A DNA stretch of 64,000 nucleotides from contig CM075995.1 in the NCBI GenBank assembly GCA_038087875.1, positions 10,728,001 through 10,792,000 on the forward strand, read 5' to 3'. The notes under the pieces were generated by a model. That model was not told the DNA's origin. It searched no databases and saw nothing but the letters and a program-made list of their open reading frames with translations. The position numbers were made by a program, and so were the translations under genes. The stretch comes from Malacoraja senta (Eukaryota). Within the stretch, counting starts at the first letter, position 1; each line of letters opens with the position of its first letter. Shown here in pieces: positions 1 to 11,400 of the stretch.

Positions 1-60
1 CTGCAGCACAGAAAAATGGCCTTCGGCCCAACTTGTCCTTACTGATCAAAATGCCCCATG

Positions 61-278
61 TCTGTGGAATTCTCTGCTTCAGAGGGCGGTGGAGGCAGGT
101 TCTCTGGATGCTTTCAAGAGAGAGCTAGATAGGGCTCTTAAAAATAACAGAGTCAGGGGATATGGGGAGAAGGCAGGAACGGGGTACTGATTGGGGATAA
201 TCAGCCATGATCACATTGAATGGGGGTGCTGGCTCGAAGGGCCGAATGGCCTACTCATGCACCTGTTGTCTATTGTCT
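61..278 (+). mobile_element. CR1 LINE 3' fragment
   Basis: LWNSL...KRELD...GYGEKAG coding end plus the CR1 3' UTR seen throughout the window. Confidence 0.8.
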
Positions 279-1143
279 AAGCTGGTTCCATTTACCTGTG
301 TTTGGCCCCTGTCACTCTAAACATTTCCTATTTATGTACCTGTCCAAATGTCTTGTAAATGTTATTACTATACCTGCCCCAACTATCTCCTCTGCCAGCT
401 CGATCCATTAACCTACCACCCTCTGTGTGAAGATCCTGCCCCACAGGTTCCTATTGTATCTTCCCCTCCCACCTTAGAACAGTACAGCACAGAAACAGGC
501 CCTTTTACTCACAATGTCTATGCCGAACATGATGCCAAGTTAGTTTCCTCTGCCCGTCTGTGATCCTTATCCCTCCATTCCACTTTATTCATAGATTCTA
601 TCACCTTGCTCCAGTTTCCAGTGGACCACTATTCCTGTGGAGTGATTTTCAACCTAACCTCAGCAATTGGATAAGGTCAATTCAGAATTTAAACAAACCT
701 GTGGTTTAACACTGACGTCCTCTCAATGATCATGGGGCCATTTGATTGTGGTAACAATGTCCTGCAGAGTCTGAACAAGGGTTCCAACGCAAATTGCCAT
801 CTGTGCATTCCTTCCACATATTCTGCCTGGCCCACTGAGATCCTCCAACACTTTGTCTTCTGGTCAAACCAATGTCCCTACCCGCCAAGTTTACGTGTGA
901 TCCAGAAATACTACTGGAGTTAATTGTCACCTCAGCTACCGTAAATCATTTACCTGTTATCTCCACATGCCCTGAATACATGAACATTTCATGCAAATGC
1001 AATTTCCCCTTTCTCTAACCCAATGAAACAGATTTTCGCAATTTGCTTAAATCCCACCATCGTCATATGGTGCCTGCCATCATATCCCAGCCTGGGGGCA
1101 CAAAGAAAGGTCCTTCGCGAACTATTCTGGTGACATCTGACCA

Positions 1144-1453
1144 TCTAACATGATGCACAAGGTTGAAAGCGCGTACCACCAGGATCAGGAACTGCTTCTT
1201 CCCCGCTGTTATCAGACAACTGAATGGTCTTCCCATAAGCTAGAGTGTCGTCCCGATATTCCAAGTGTCATCATTGCAGCCCTTGCACGTTTTCCCCTGG
1301 AACTGTAACATTATATTCTGCATGCTGGTAGTTTTCTCTTTGTACCACTCCCTGTACTTGTTTGTGGCTTGATTGTACTCATGCATAGTGTGATTTGACT
1401 GGATAGCACAAAGCAAAGCTTTTCACTGTATCTTGGTGCAAGTTACAATAATA
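1144..1453 (+). mobile_element. Degraded Rex1/Babar-like LINE 3' fragment
   Basis: RTTR.RN.FFPAVIRQLN-type ORF end followed by a T-rich UTR. Confidence 0.5.
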
Positions 1454-1656
1454 ACCGATACCAGTACAAAGTGCTGGAGGAACACAGCAGGTCAAGCAGC
1501 ACCTATGGAGGGAATGGCCGGACTGAAGAGGGGTGCCGACCCGGAACATTATCTGTCCATTCTCTCCAAAAATGCTCCTCCAGCACTTTGTGTAAACTCA
1601 AGGTTCTGCAGTTCCTCGTGTTTATGACATGGAGAGACAGTGAGTGAACCAAACGT

Positions 1657-2213
1657 GAAGTATTGCGTACAGTTTTGGTCACCAAATCTGAGGAAAGACA
1701 TTCTTGCCATGGAGGGAGTACAGAGAAGGTTCACCAGACTGATTCCTGGGATGGCAGGACTTTCGTATGACGAAAGACTGGATAGACTCGGCTTGTACTC
1801 GCTAGAATTTAGAAGATTGAGGGGGGATCTTATAAAAACGTACAAGATTCTTAAGGGGTTGGACAGGCTAGATGCAGGAAGACTGTTCCCGATGTTGGGG
1901 AAGTCCAGAACAAGGGGTCACAGTTTAAGGATAAGGGGGAAGTCTTTTAGGACCGAGATGAGAAAATCATTTTTCACACAGAGAGTGGTGAATCTGTGGA
2001 ATTCTCTGCCACAGAAGGTAGTTGAGGCCAGTTCATTGGCTATATTTAAGAGGGAGTTAGATGTGGCCCTTGTGGCTAAAGGGATCAGGGGGTATGGAGA
2101 GAAGGCAGGTACAGGATATTGAGTTGAATGATCAGCCATGATCATATTGAATGGCGGTGCAGGCTCGAAGGGCTGAATGGCCTACTCCTGCACCTATTTT
2201 CTATGTTTCTATG
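1657..2213 (+). mobile_element. 5'-truncated CR1 LINE (young subfamily A)
   Basis: ORF 1640-2122 (YCVQFWSP...[10 protein letters not shown]) and a TTTCTATG repeat tail. Confidence 0.92.
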
Positions 2214-2339
2214 TGAACAAACGGTGCCACAGGTTTCCCAGCGCCTGATGCCTGTAATGCCCGCATCTCCAGAACCACCTTCAGAAGAGGAACCATCGCC
2301 AGCACCCTCTGCTCACTGTGACTATTTCACCTCTTCCAG

Positions 2340-2497
2340 CTGTGGGACTGTAATTTCCGTTTTCAACCCCATTATCTTCCACTGCAATGGAATCACGGGT
2401 CGTTACGTCAATATCTTCATCCCGGGAAACAAGAAGATCTTGACGCTGTGTGAGGTTCAGGTCTTTGGTTCAAAGCTGCCGTCACTGGAAATGGCAG
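2340..2497 (+). CDS. F-type lectin exon, C-terminal half of first visible domain ([52 protein letters not shown])
   Basis: Acceptor ctcttccAG at 2338-2339 and donor GTAGGT at 2498; 158 nt, phase 2 to 1; GRYVNI...[10 protein letters not shown] motif. Confidence 0.9.
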
Positions 2498-5400
2498 GTA
2501 GGTTCCATCACTGTGCAGCCACCCGCCGTATCACACTATTGTCTGGTTAGTGAGGCTACACCTGGACTTTAGTCTTCAGTTTGGACCACACTGTTACAAG
2601 AATGACATAATTATCCTCGAAAGAGTGCATGGAACATTTACGAGTGATCTTATTGGGGTGGAGAAATGGAATAGTTAGGGTGTTGTTCCCAGAGTAGGGG
2701 AATCAAGTTATAGAAGACATAGGTTTAAGGTGAGAGGGGAAATATTAAATAGGAACCTGAGGGGCAAAGTTTTCACACAAGGTGCTGTGTGTATATGGAA
2801 CGAGCTGCCAGAGGAAGTAATTGAGGCAGGTATAATAACAGCATTTTTAAAAAGCGCAGGTTCATGGATAGAAAAGGTTAAGAGGGGTATGGGAGAATCC
2901 TGGACAAATGGCTCTCGCACTGACGAGGCATTTTGGTCAGCATGGACTGGTTGGACTGAAGGGCCTATTTATGTGTTGTATGACTGACTCTATGATTTTT
3001 GGCACTACACAACAGTCAACCTGGCTTTGGATAGAAGAGCGATCCAGTCCAGCACCAAGAATCGGGCTGTTGCGAACCTTGCCATTGACGGCGACACATC
3101 CTCGAACATAGAGCTCTGTACTAGGACAAGTGTGGAGGACAACCCCTGGTGGGTGGTTGATTTAGAGGAGACGTTTATTGTGACGTTTGTCAGGATCACC
3201 AACAGTGTTCACCCACTCATGGATGCTGAGATCCGCGTTGGGAACAAAGGAAATATCAACAAACTGTGAGTATTCAGTGGCAATGGCTGGCTTGTTTCTA
3301 ACTGTATAAAGCAGGACTACGGTGGTCTTCCACAAAGTCCCATTGTTGCTGGTGCATTGTAGATAGCCTGTGCATTATAGATTGACTATGTTGATGTGGG
3401 TCATTGATGCAGAGCTGTGAACCTTTGAACCAGATGTGTGCACCAATGAACCAGGTGAATGGACAAAGGACCCCAAGGTGCAGATATTTGATCCAGATGG
3501 ATGGACTATTGATCCAAATGTTCGGACCATTGAACCAAAGATGAGAACCATTGCGCCAGAGGTTATGTCAGTTAATGTGAGGTGTGTACGATAGATCCAA
3601 ATTTGTGAACCATCGGTCTGGAGTTATGCACCATAAAACGAGAGGTTTGCACCAATAACCAAAGATGTGGACCATTTATCCAGATTTGAAATAAAGAACT
3701 GCAGCTGCTAGTTTCAATCGAATTTAGGCACAAAATGCTGGAGTAACTCAGCGGGATAGATACATAGATACATAGAAAATAGGTGCAGGAGTAGGCCATT
3801 CGGCCCTTCGAGCCTGCACCGCCATTCAATATGATCATGGCTGATCATCCAACTCAGTATCCCGTACCTGCCTTCTCTCCATACCCCCTGATCCCTTTAG
3901 CCACAAGGGCCACATCTAACTCCCTCTTAAATATAGCCAATGAACTGGCCTCAACTACCCTCTGTGGCAGAGAGTTCCAGAGATTCACCACTCTCTGTGT
4001 GAAAAAGTTTTTCCTCATCTCGGTCTTAAAGGATTTCCCCCTTATCCTTAAGCTGTGACCCCTTGTCCTGGACTTCCCCAACATCGGGAACAATCTTCCT
4101 GCATCTAGCCTGTCCAACCCCATAAGAATTTTGTACGTTTCTATAAGATCCCTTCTCAATCTCCTAAATTCTAGCGAGTATAAGCCAAGTCTATCCAGTC
4201 TTTCTTCATATGAAAGTCCTGACATCCCAGGAATCAGTCTGGTGAACCCTTCTCTGCACTCCCTCTATGGCTATAATGTCCTTCCTCAGATTTGGAGACC
4301 AAAACTGTACGCAATACTCCAGGTGTGGTCTCACCAAGACCCTGTACAACTGCAGTAGAACCTCCCTGCTCCTATACTCAAATCCTCTTGCTATGAAGGC
4401 CAACAATACCATTCGCTTTCTTCACTGCCTGCTGCACCTGCATGCTACTTTCAATGACTGGTGTACCATGACACCCAGGTCTTGCTGCACCTCCCCATTT
4501 CCTAATCGGCCACCATTTAGATAATAGTCTGCCTTCCCGTTTTGCCACCAAAGTGGATAACCTCACATTTATCCACATTATACTGCATCTGCCAAACATT
4601 TGCCCACTCACCCAGCCTATCCAAGTCACCTTGCAGTCTCCTAGCATCTCCTCACAGCTACACACTGCCCCCCATCTTAGTGTCAATCCGCAAACTTGGA
4701 GATGTTGCTTTCAATTCCCTCGTCCAGATCATTAATATAAATTGTAAATAGCTGGGGTCCCAGCAATGAGCCTTGCGGTACCCCACTAGTCACTGCCTGC
4801 CATTGTGAAAAGGACCCGTTTACTCCTACTCTTTGCTTCCTGTTTGCCAGCCAGTTCTCTATCCACATCAATACTGAACCCCCAATACCGTGTGATTTAA
4901 GTTTGTATCCTAATCTCTTATGTGGTACCTTGTCGAAAGCCTTCTGAAAGTCCAGATACAACACATCCACTGGTTCTCCCCTATCCACTCTACTAGTTAC
5001 ATCCTCAAAAAATTCTATAAGATTCGTCAGACACGATTTACCTTTCGTAAATCCATGCTGACTTTGTCCAATGATTTCACCACTTTCCAAATGTGCTGCT
5101 ATCCCATCTTTAATAACTGACTCTAACAGTTTCCCCACTACCGATGTTAGACTAACTGGTCTGTAATTCCCCGTTTTCTCTCTCCCTCCCTTCTTAAAAA
5201 GTGGGGTTACGTTTGCTACCCTCCAATCCTCAGGAACTACTCCAGAATCTAAAGAATTTTGAAAAATTATCACTAATGCATCCACTATTTCTGGAGCTAC
5301 TTCCTTAAGTACTCTGGGATGCAGCCTATCTGGCCCTGGTGATTTATCGGCATTTAATCCATTCAATTTACCCAACACCACTTCCCGACTAACCTGGATT

Positions 5401-8400
5401 TCACTCAGTTCCTCCATCTCCTTTGACCCGCGGCCCCCTGCTATTTCCGGCAGATTATTTATGTCTTCCTTAGTGAAGACGGAACCAAAGTAGTTATTCA
5501 ATTGGTCCGCCATATCCTTGTTCCCCATGATCAATTCACCTGTTTCTGACTGCAAGGGACCTACATTTGTTTTAACTAATCTCTTTCTCTTCACATATCT
5601 ATAAAATCTTTTGCAGTCAGTTTTTATGTTCCCTGCCAGTTTCCTTTCATAATCTATTTTCCCTTTCCTAATTAAGCCCTTTGTCCTCCTCTGCTGGTCT
5701 CTGAATTTCTCCCAGTCCTCTGGTATGCTGCTTTTTCTGGCTAATTTGTACGCAACATCTTTTGCTTTGATACTATCCCTGATTTCCCTTGTTATCCACG
5801 GATGCACTACCTTCCCTGATTTATTCTTTTGCCAAACTGGGATGAACATTTTTTGTAGTTCATCCATGCAGTCTTTAAATGCCTTCCATTGCATATCCAC
5901 CGTCAACCCTTTTAGAACTAATTGCCAGTCAATCTTGGCCAATTCACGTCTCATACCCTCAAAGTTACCTTTCTTTAAGTTCAGAACCGTTGTTTCTGAA
6001 TTAACAATGTCACTCTCCATCCTAATGAAGAACTCAACCATATTATGGTCACTCTTGCCCAAGGGGGCACGCACAACAAGTCTGCTAACTAACCCTTCCT
6101 CATTACTCAATACCCAGTCTAGAATAGCCTGCTCTCTCGTTGGTTCCTCTACATGTTGGTTTAGATAACTATCCCTCATACATTCCAAGAAATCCTCTTC
6201 CTCAGCACCCCTGCCAATTTGATTCACCCAATCTATATGTAGATTGAAGTCACCCATTATAACTGTTTTGCCTTTGTTGCACGCATTTCTAATTTCCTGT
6301 TTGATGCCATCCCCAACTTCACTACTACTGCTAGGTGGCCTGTACACAACACCCACCAGCGTTTTCTGCCCCTTAGTGTTTCGTAGCTCTACCCATACCG
6401 ATTCCACATCCTCCAAGCTAATGTCCTTCCTTTCCACTGCGTTAATCTCCTCTCTAACCAGCAACGCTACCCCACCTCCTTTTCCTTTCTCTCTATCCCT
6501 CCTGAATATTGAATATCCCTGGATGTTCAGCTCCCAGCCTTGGTCACCCTGGAGCCATGTCTCCGTGATCCCAACTATATCATAATCATTAATTGCTATC
6601 TGCACGTTCAACTCATCGACCTTATTACGAATGCTCCTTGCATTGAGACACAAAGCCTTCAGGCTTGTTTTTACAACGCTCTTACCCCTTATACAATTAT
6701 GTTGGAAAGTGGCTCTTTTTGATTTTTGCCCTGGATTTGTCTGCCTGCCACTTTTACTTTTCACCTTGCTACCTATTGCTTCCGCCCGCATTTTGCACCC
6801 TCTGTTTCTCTGCTTACCCATTTAAGAACCCCACCAACTCTTATTCTCTGTTTATTATTGTTTTCTTCTTTCCCCCCTACATGTTGGGTCTGAGTGCTTT
6901 CCTTCTCTGCCTCCTGCCTCACACACTGTCTAATAGCATTCTCTATTTGAGTCCCTCCCCCCAACCATTCTAGTTTAAAGTCTCCCCAGTAGCCTTTGCA
7001 GATCTCCCCGCCAGGATATCGGTCCCCCTCAGAGTTCAAGTGCAACCCATCCTTTTTGTACAGGTCGAACCTTCCACAAAAGAGGTCCCAATGATCCAGA
7101 ATTTGAATCCCTGCCTTCTGCACCAGTCCTTCAGCCACGCATTTATCCTCCACCTCGCTCCATTCCTACTCTCACTGTCGCGTGGCACAGGCAGTAATCC
7201 GAGATTGTTACCTTTGCTGTCCTTCTCTTTAACTCCCCTCCTAACTCCCTAAATTCTCCTTTCAGGACCTCTTCTCTTTTTTTACCTATGTCATTGGTAC
7301 CTATATGTATCACGACTTCGGGCTCCTCTCCTGCCCTTTCAGGATGTCTTGGACACGTTGAGATACATCACAGACCCTGGCACCAGGGAGGCAAACTACC
7401 ATCCGGGTCTCCCGACTGCGTCCACAGAATCGCCTGTCTGACCCCCTAACTATAGTGTCCCCTATTAATATTGCCCTCCTCTTCTTTTCCTTACCCTTCT
7501 GAGCAACAGGACCGGTCTCTATACCGGAGGCCCGGCCGCTGTCGCTACCCCCAGTAGGCTGTCCACCCCAACAGTGCTCAAACAGGAGTACTATTGTCAA
7601 GGTGTACAGCCACCGGGGTACTCTCTAGTCCCTGCCTGTGCCCCTTGCCTCTCCCAACCGTGATCCACTTGCCTGCCTACCTGTGGTGTTGGAGTGACCA
7701 CATCCCTGTAACTCCTCTCGATGACTTCCTCGCTCTCCCTGACCAGACGGAGGTCATCGAGCTGCTGCTCCAGGTTCCTAATACGGTCCATTAGGAGCCC
7801 CATCTCGATACACCTGACGCAGATGTGGACGTCTGGAGGGCTATCAGACTCCATGACTTCCCACATCTGACATCCAGAACAGTAAACTGCCCTGGCCCTC
7901 ATACTCCCCTTACCCTGGATAGAATACAAAACAAACTGCTACAATACAAAAACAAACTGCTAGAATACAAAACAAACTGCTAGAATACAAAACAAACGGC
8001 TAGAATACAAAACAAACTGCTAGAATATAAAACAAACTGCTAGAATACAAAACAAACTGCTACAATACAAAACAAACTGATACAATACAAAACAAACTGC
8101 TACAATACAGTACAATCAGCAGGGATTTGACTCCCAATCAGCTGCTCCCTCTTGTCTGCGTCCACCAATCAGCGGCTTCCTCAAACCCACTTGTTTTTGA
8201 AGTGGAACTTGGAACGTTACAGATTTGGGTTCCTTTTTAACTCCTACCGGTCGTGTGTAGCTCCTCCCTCTGCGATCTCTCCAACGGCTCTTGGGCCTCT
8301 GTAAGGAACAAGCCCCGCGCTCCTTTTTAACTCCTACCGTCGTGTGTAGCTCCTCCCTCTGCGATCTCTCCAACGGCTCTTGGGCCTCTGTAAGGAACAA

Positions 8401-11400
8401 GCCCCGCGCTCCTTTTTAACTCCTACCGGTCGTGTGTAGCTCCTCCCTCTGCGATCTCTCCAACGGCACTTGGGCCTCTGTAAGGAACAAGCCCCGCGCT
8501 CCTTTTTAACTCCTACCGGTCGTGTGTAGCTCCTCCCTCTGCGATCTCTCCAACGGCTCTTGGGCCTCTGTAAGGAACAAGCCCCGCGCTCCTTTTTAAC
8601 TCCTACCGGTCGTGTGTAGCTCCTCCCTCTGCGATCTCTCCAACGGCTCTTGGGCCTCTGTAAGGAACAAGCCCCGCGCTCCTTTTTAACTCCTACCGGT
8701 CGTGTGTAGCTCCTCCCTCTGCGATCTCTCCAACGGCTCTTGGCCTCTGTAAGGAACAAGCCCCGCGCTCCTTTTTAACTCCTACCGGTCGTGTGTAGCT
8801 CCTCCCTCTGCGATCTCTCCAACGGCTCTTGGGCCTCTGTCTGCCAGCATCACTGGAAAGAAGGGATGGGTAACGTTTCAGGTCGCGACCCTTCTTCATA
8901 CTGAAAGTAGGGGGCAGTGGGGGCGGGGGCGAGGTGGAAAGGTGGTGAAGTGCAGGAGGCGAGAAAGACTGGGAGCAATCAAGGGAAGCAACAAATGACC
9001 TCAGACAGGGAGGTACCCTGCTAAGTCCATTTTTGCTCGGGACGGATTAATCTCAAGAGGGATTTAATGTGGTGAACTGTGGAACTGGTTAAACGACAAG
9101 GGTGGAGGAAGGGGGCAACCTCCCCAATTGCAACCTCTCGAAAATATATCACCCATTTGGATGAGAATGCACAAGGCACGATTAGTAAGTTTACAGATGA
9201 CACTAAAGTGGGTGGAATCGTACACAGTGAAGTCGATTATAGAAACATATAAAAATAGAAACATAGAAAATAGGTGCACGAGGAGGCCATTCGGCCCTTT
9301 GAGCCAGCACCGCCATCCATTGTGATCATGGCTGATCGACCCCAATCAATAACCCGTGCCTGCCTTCTCCCCATATCCCTTAATTCCACTAGCCCCGATA
9401 GCTCTATCTAACTCTCTCTTATATCCATCCAGTGATTTGGCCTCCACTGCCCTTTGTGGCAGGGAATTCCACAAATTCACAACTCTCTGGGTGTAAAAGT
9501 TTTTTCTCACCTCAGTCTTAAATGGCCTCCCCTTTATTCTAAGACTGTGGCCCCTGGTTCTGGACTCGCCCAACATTGGGAACATTTTTCCTCCATCTAG
9601 CTTGTCCAGTCCTTTTATAATTTTATATGTTTCTATAAGAACCCCCCCCCCTCATCCTTCTAAACACCAGTGAATACAAGCATAGTCTTTTCAATCTATC
9701 TCGTATGACAGTCGTGCCATCCCAGGGATCAATCTCGTGAACCTACGCTGCACTGCATCAATCATAAGGATGTCATTCCTCAATTAGGAGACCAAAACTG
9801 TACGCAATACTCCAGATGTGGTCTTACCAGAGCCCTATACAACTGCAGAAGAACTTCTATCGTCCTATACTGAAATCCTCTTGTTATGAAGGCCAACATT
9901 CCATTAGCTTTCTTCACTGCCTGCTGTACCCGCACGCCAACATTCAGTGGCCGGACTACAAGGACACTCAGGTCTCGCTGTACCTCCCCCTTACCTAACC
10001 CAATCTGCCCCATTGTTTTTGCCACCAAAGTGGATAACCTCATAATATTCTGCATCTGCCATGCATCTACCCACTCACTCAACCTGTCCAGGTTACCCTG
10101 CAACCTCCTAACATCCTCTTCACAGTTCACACTGCCACCCAGCTTTTGTGTCATCCGCAAACTTGCTAGTGTTGCTCATAATTCCCTCTTCCAAATCATT
10201 AATATATATGGTAAACAGTTGCGGCCCCAACACCGAGCCTTGCGGGACTGCACTCGCCATTGCCTGCGCCATTCTGAAAAGGGCCCGTTCACTCCTACTC
10301 TTTGCTTCCTGTCTGCCAACCAATTTTCTATCCACGTCAATGCCCTACCCCCAATACCATGTGCTCTAATTTCAGTCACCAGTCTCCCGTGCGGGACCTT
10401 ATCAAAGGCTTTCTGACATTCTAGATACACTACATCCACTGGCTCCTCTTCATCCATTTTACTTGTCACATCCTCAAAAAAATTCCAGAAGATTAGTCAA
10501 GCATGATTTTCCTTTCATAAACCCATGCTGACGGACTAATCCTTTTACTGCTATCCAAATGCCCATTATTACCTCTTTAATAATTGACTCCAGCATCTTT
10601 CCCACCACTGAAGTCAGGCTAACTAGTCTGTAATTCCCGTTTTCTCTCTCTGGGTGGCAATGGATGTAGTGTATCTAGACTTTCAGAAAGCCTTCGATAA
10701 GGTCCCGCACGGGAGACTGGTGACAGAAATTAGAGCACATGGTATTGGGGGTAGGGCGTTGACGTGGATAGAAAATTGGTTGCGGATGACACAAAGCTGG
10801 ATGGCAGTGTGAGCTGTGAAGAGGATGTTAGGAGGTTGCAGGATGACCTGGACAGGTTGAGTGAGTGGGCAGATGCGTGGCAGATGCAGTATAATATAGA
10901 TAAATTTGAGGTTATCCAATTTGGCGGCAAAAACAAGGGGGCAGATTATTATCTCAATGGGGTTAAGTTAGGTAAGGTGGAGGTGCAGCGAGACCTGGGC
11001 GTCCTTGTATGGTCACTGAAAGTTGGCTTACAGGTACAGCAGGCAGTGAAGAAAGCTAATGGTATGTTGGCCTTCATAACAAGAGGATTTCAGTACAGGA
11101 GTAAAGAGGTTCTTCTGCAGTTGTATAGGGCTCTGGTGAGACCACATCTGGAGCATTGTGTACAGTTTTGGTCTCCTAATTTGAGCAAGGACATCCTTGT
11201 GATTGAGGCAGTGCAGCGTAGGTTCACGAGATTGATCCCTGGGATGGCGGGACTGTCATATGAGGAAAGATTGAAAAGACTAGGCTTGTATTCACTGGAG
11301 TTTAGAAGGATGAGGGGGAATCTTATAGAAACATATAAAATTATAAAAGGACTGGACAAGCTAGATGCAGGAAAAATGTTCCCAATGTTGGGTGAGTCCA

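Larger units (their letters stand above)
3756..8838 (-). mobile_element. Near full-length CR1 LINE (5' UTR repeats, ORF1, ORF2, 3' tail), inserted in a Penelope-like end fragment
   Basis: Tail (CATAGATA)n at 3756; APE and RT domains; ORF1 with zinc finger and esterase. The host fragment at 3695-3755 resumes at about 8839. Confidence 0.95.

Noticed and set aside
600..1140. Missing N-terminal exon of the first lectin domain
   Set aside because: I found no NLAL, AIDG or PWW motifs, so that exon probably lies upstream of the window.
2128..2550. 140-aa ORF as a single-exon protein with a Pro/Glu-rich linker
   Set aside because: The first part is CR1 3' UTR and intron read-through. Only 2340-2497 is bounded by splice sites and homologous to the other exons.
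5725..6585. Long antisense ORFs over CR1 ORF2 (also 11090-11605, 22896-23219 and others)
   Set aside because: Shadow frames of LINE coding sequence that recur in every copy.
8231..8840. Regular repeat array as a CRISPR array, or the repetitive ORFs 8116-8899 as a gene
   Set aside because: The units are identical end to end with no unique spacers. The ORFs are open only because the 90-bp unit is a multiple of 3.
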